DNA of 32,000 nt, taken from positions 960,001-992,000 of the forward strand of contig OZ245922.1 of the NCBI GenBank assembly GCA_965229705.1, in the 5' to 3' direction. A program made the translations under genes and the position numbers. Below the pieces are notes generated by a model. It was not told the DNA's origin, did not search any database, and saw only the letters and a list, made by a program, of their open reading frames with translations. This stretch comes from Candidatus Saccharimonadota bacterium (lineage in GTDB: Bacteria > Patescibacteriota > Gracilibacteria > BD1-5 > UBA6164). Positions 31,211 to 32,000 of this stretch are shown here, in pieces (the first letter of the stretch is position 1; the number at the start of each line of letters is the position of its first letter).

Positions 31211-31642
31211 ATGAAACTTAGCGTATTGTCATTTTCAGGAGAAAACTTTTTTCATGAAAATATTCTCTCTGTGACACTCATGACAAAGTCATGAGAAATA
31301 ACCATTCTCGATAATCATGCTCCAATGATTGCATTGATTGAACCTTGTGTTCTTTATACGAAATATAAAGATGAAAATGGTATTGAGCAAAGGGATGATT
31401 TTGCAATAGGAACGGGTGTAGTCGAGATACATAATTCGAGCGTAAAAATCATGTCAGATATGCTTATTGATGTGGAAGAGGTAGATCTTGATCAGGCGCA
31501 ACTTGCAAAAGAGAGAGCTCTAGAACTTATGGAGAAATACAAGCACAGAAAAGATAGGGTTGATATGGAAAAGTTTATTGAGGCTGAGGATCAGCTCCTC
31601 AAATCTATAGCGCAGCTCAAGCTCTATGATCTGAAAAAATAG
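31211..31642 (+). CDS. atpC: ATP synthase F1 epsilon subunit
   Basis: ATG 31211. The beta-sandwich N-terminus (SGEITILDNHAPMIALIEPCVL, whose first Gly is a TGA) is followed by the helical tail DLDQAQLAKERALELM. It is in frame with track ORF 31325. Confidence 0.85.
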
Positions 31643-31645
31643 ATA

Positions 31646-31680
31646 GTAAAAGACATTGAAAATTCTTCAATGCCTTTTAC
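31646..31680 (+). terminator. hairpin after atpC
   Basis: Stem GTAAAAGACATTGAA / TTCAATGCCTTTTAC, 15 bp with one mismatch and an AATTC loop. There is no long T tail beyond the stem. Confidence 0.45.
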
Positions 31681-31724
31681 GGGTAAGACATAGTAGAGAA
31701 TTTATATTTTTCATATCTCCTTAA

Positions 31725-31823
31725 GGAAACTCTGAGAAACAAAAAATTTCTAATCCTCTCTGGCTCTAACGAGCCATCTCTCCTTTGAAAAAGGAGAGGA
31801 AAAAGGACTTTCTCAGAGATTCC
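31725..31823 (+). ncRNA. candidate structured RNA element (three-way junction) in the leader of the downstream gene
   Basis: The closing stem is GGAAACTCTGAGAAA (31725-31739) / TTTCTCAGAGATTCC (31809-31823), with one mismatch. It encloses two hairpins: TGGCTC-TAAC-GAGCCA (31761-31776) and CTCTCCTT-TGAAA-AAGGAGAG (31778-31798). No known RNA family recognised. Confidence 0.3.
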
Positions 31824-31852
31824 TAAAAAAATATTTTTTCACTCCTTAATAT

Positions 31853-32000
31853 ATGGAAATACTGATACCAGTATGTGTATTTCTCTTCTTACTGAGTATT
31901 CTTATTCCAGCGCTTTCTCTGGCTCCTTGGGTTCCTACTCGCATGCTGGATATAGAAAGACTCTTGAAACTTATACATCTCAAAGCTGGAGATACATTCC
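31853..32000 (+). CDS. membrane-anchored protein, possibly a class I SAM-dependent methyltransferase; truncated by the window end
   Basis: The sequence is MEILIPVCVFLFLLSILIPALSLAPWVPTRMLDIERLLKLIHLKAGDTF... The APWVPT...L..L..GD pattern resembles N-termini of small SAM-dependent methyltransferases. Only 49 codons are visible. Confidence 0.4.
   Translation, partial: MEILIPVCVFLFLLSILIPALSLAPWVPTRMLDIERLLKLIHLKAGDTF

Overview
The window is AT-rich bacterial DNA that only makes sense if TGA is read as glycine (translation table 25, used by Gracilibacteria/Absconditabacteria-type Patescibacteria). In-frame TGA sits at invariant Gly positions of ATP synthase alpha, ATP synthase beta, subunit a, HU and a RelE/ParE toxin. 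Once recoded, almost every fragment in the standard-code ORF track merges into a full-length gene.

Gene content from left to right:
- A TraB/GumN-like protein.
- A type IV pilus/T2SS-like cluster: a T4SS-type pilin-like protein, PilN/O-like proteins, PilC and four minor pseudopilins.
- HU and a GHKL anti-sigma-like kinase.
- FtsQ-like, RbfA and bS21.
- An unlinked major type IV pilin.
- Trigger factor, a hypothetical protein, YbeY and a small ferredoxin.
- A class I ribonucleotide reductase whose ATP-cone is fused to NrdB rather than NrdA.
- An M48 peptidase, a 752-aa YdbT-like bPH-domain membrane protein and a cNMP-binding-domain protein.
- Two ATP synthase gene sets.

The first ATP synthase set is a terminator-bounded partial Fo module: subunit a, a fused double-hairpin subunit c with Na+-type/two-carboxylate-like ion-site residues, and subunit b. 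The second set is a complete F1Fo operon (a, c, b, short delta, alpha, gamma, beta, epsilon) that is interrupted twice:
1. Between atpA and atpG lies a 1.3-kb block with a DUF2283-like mini-ORF and two antitoxin/RelE-ParE cassettes, the second toxin frameshifted. The two cassettes are bracketed by a perfect 32-nt direct repeat. Near-identical promoter/operator blocks sit in front of strongly diverged coding sequences.
2. Between atpG and atpD lie a Lys-rich-tailed membrane protein and an RNase HI gene, the latter preceded by twin GAGACCGGTCTC palindromes.

I saw no rRNA, tRNA or CRISPR. All family calls come from motif recognition by eye; no database search was run.
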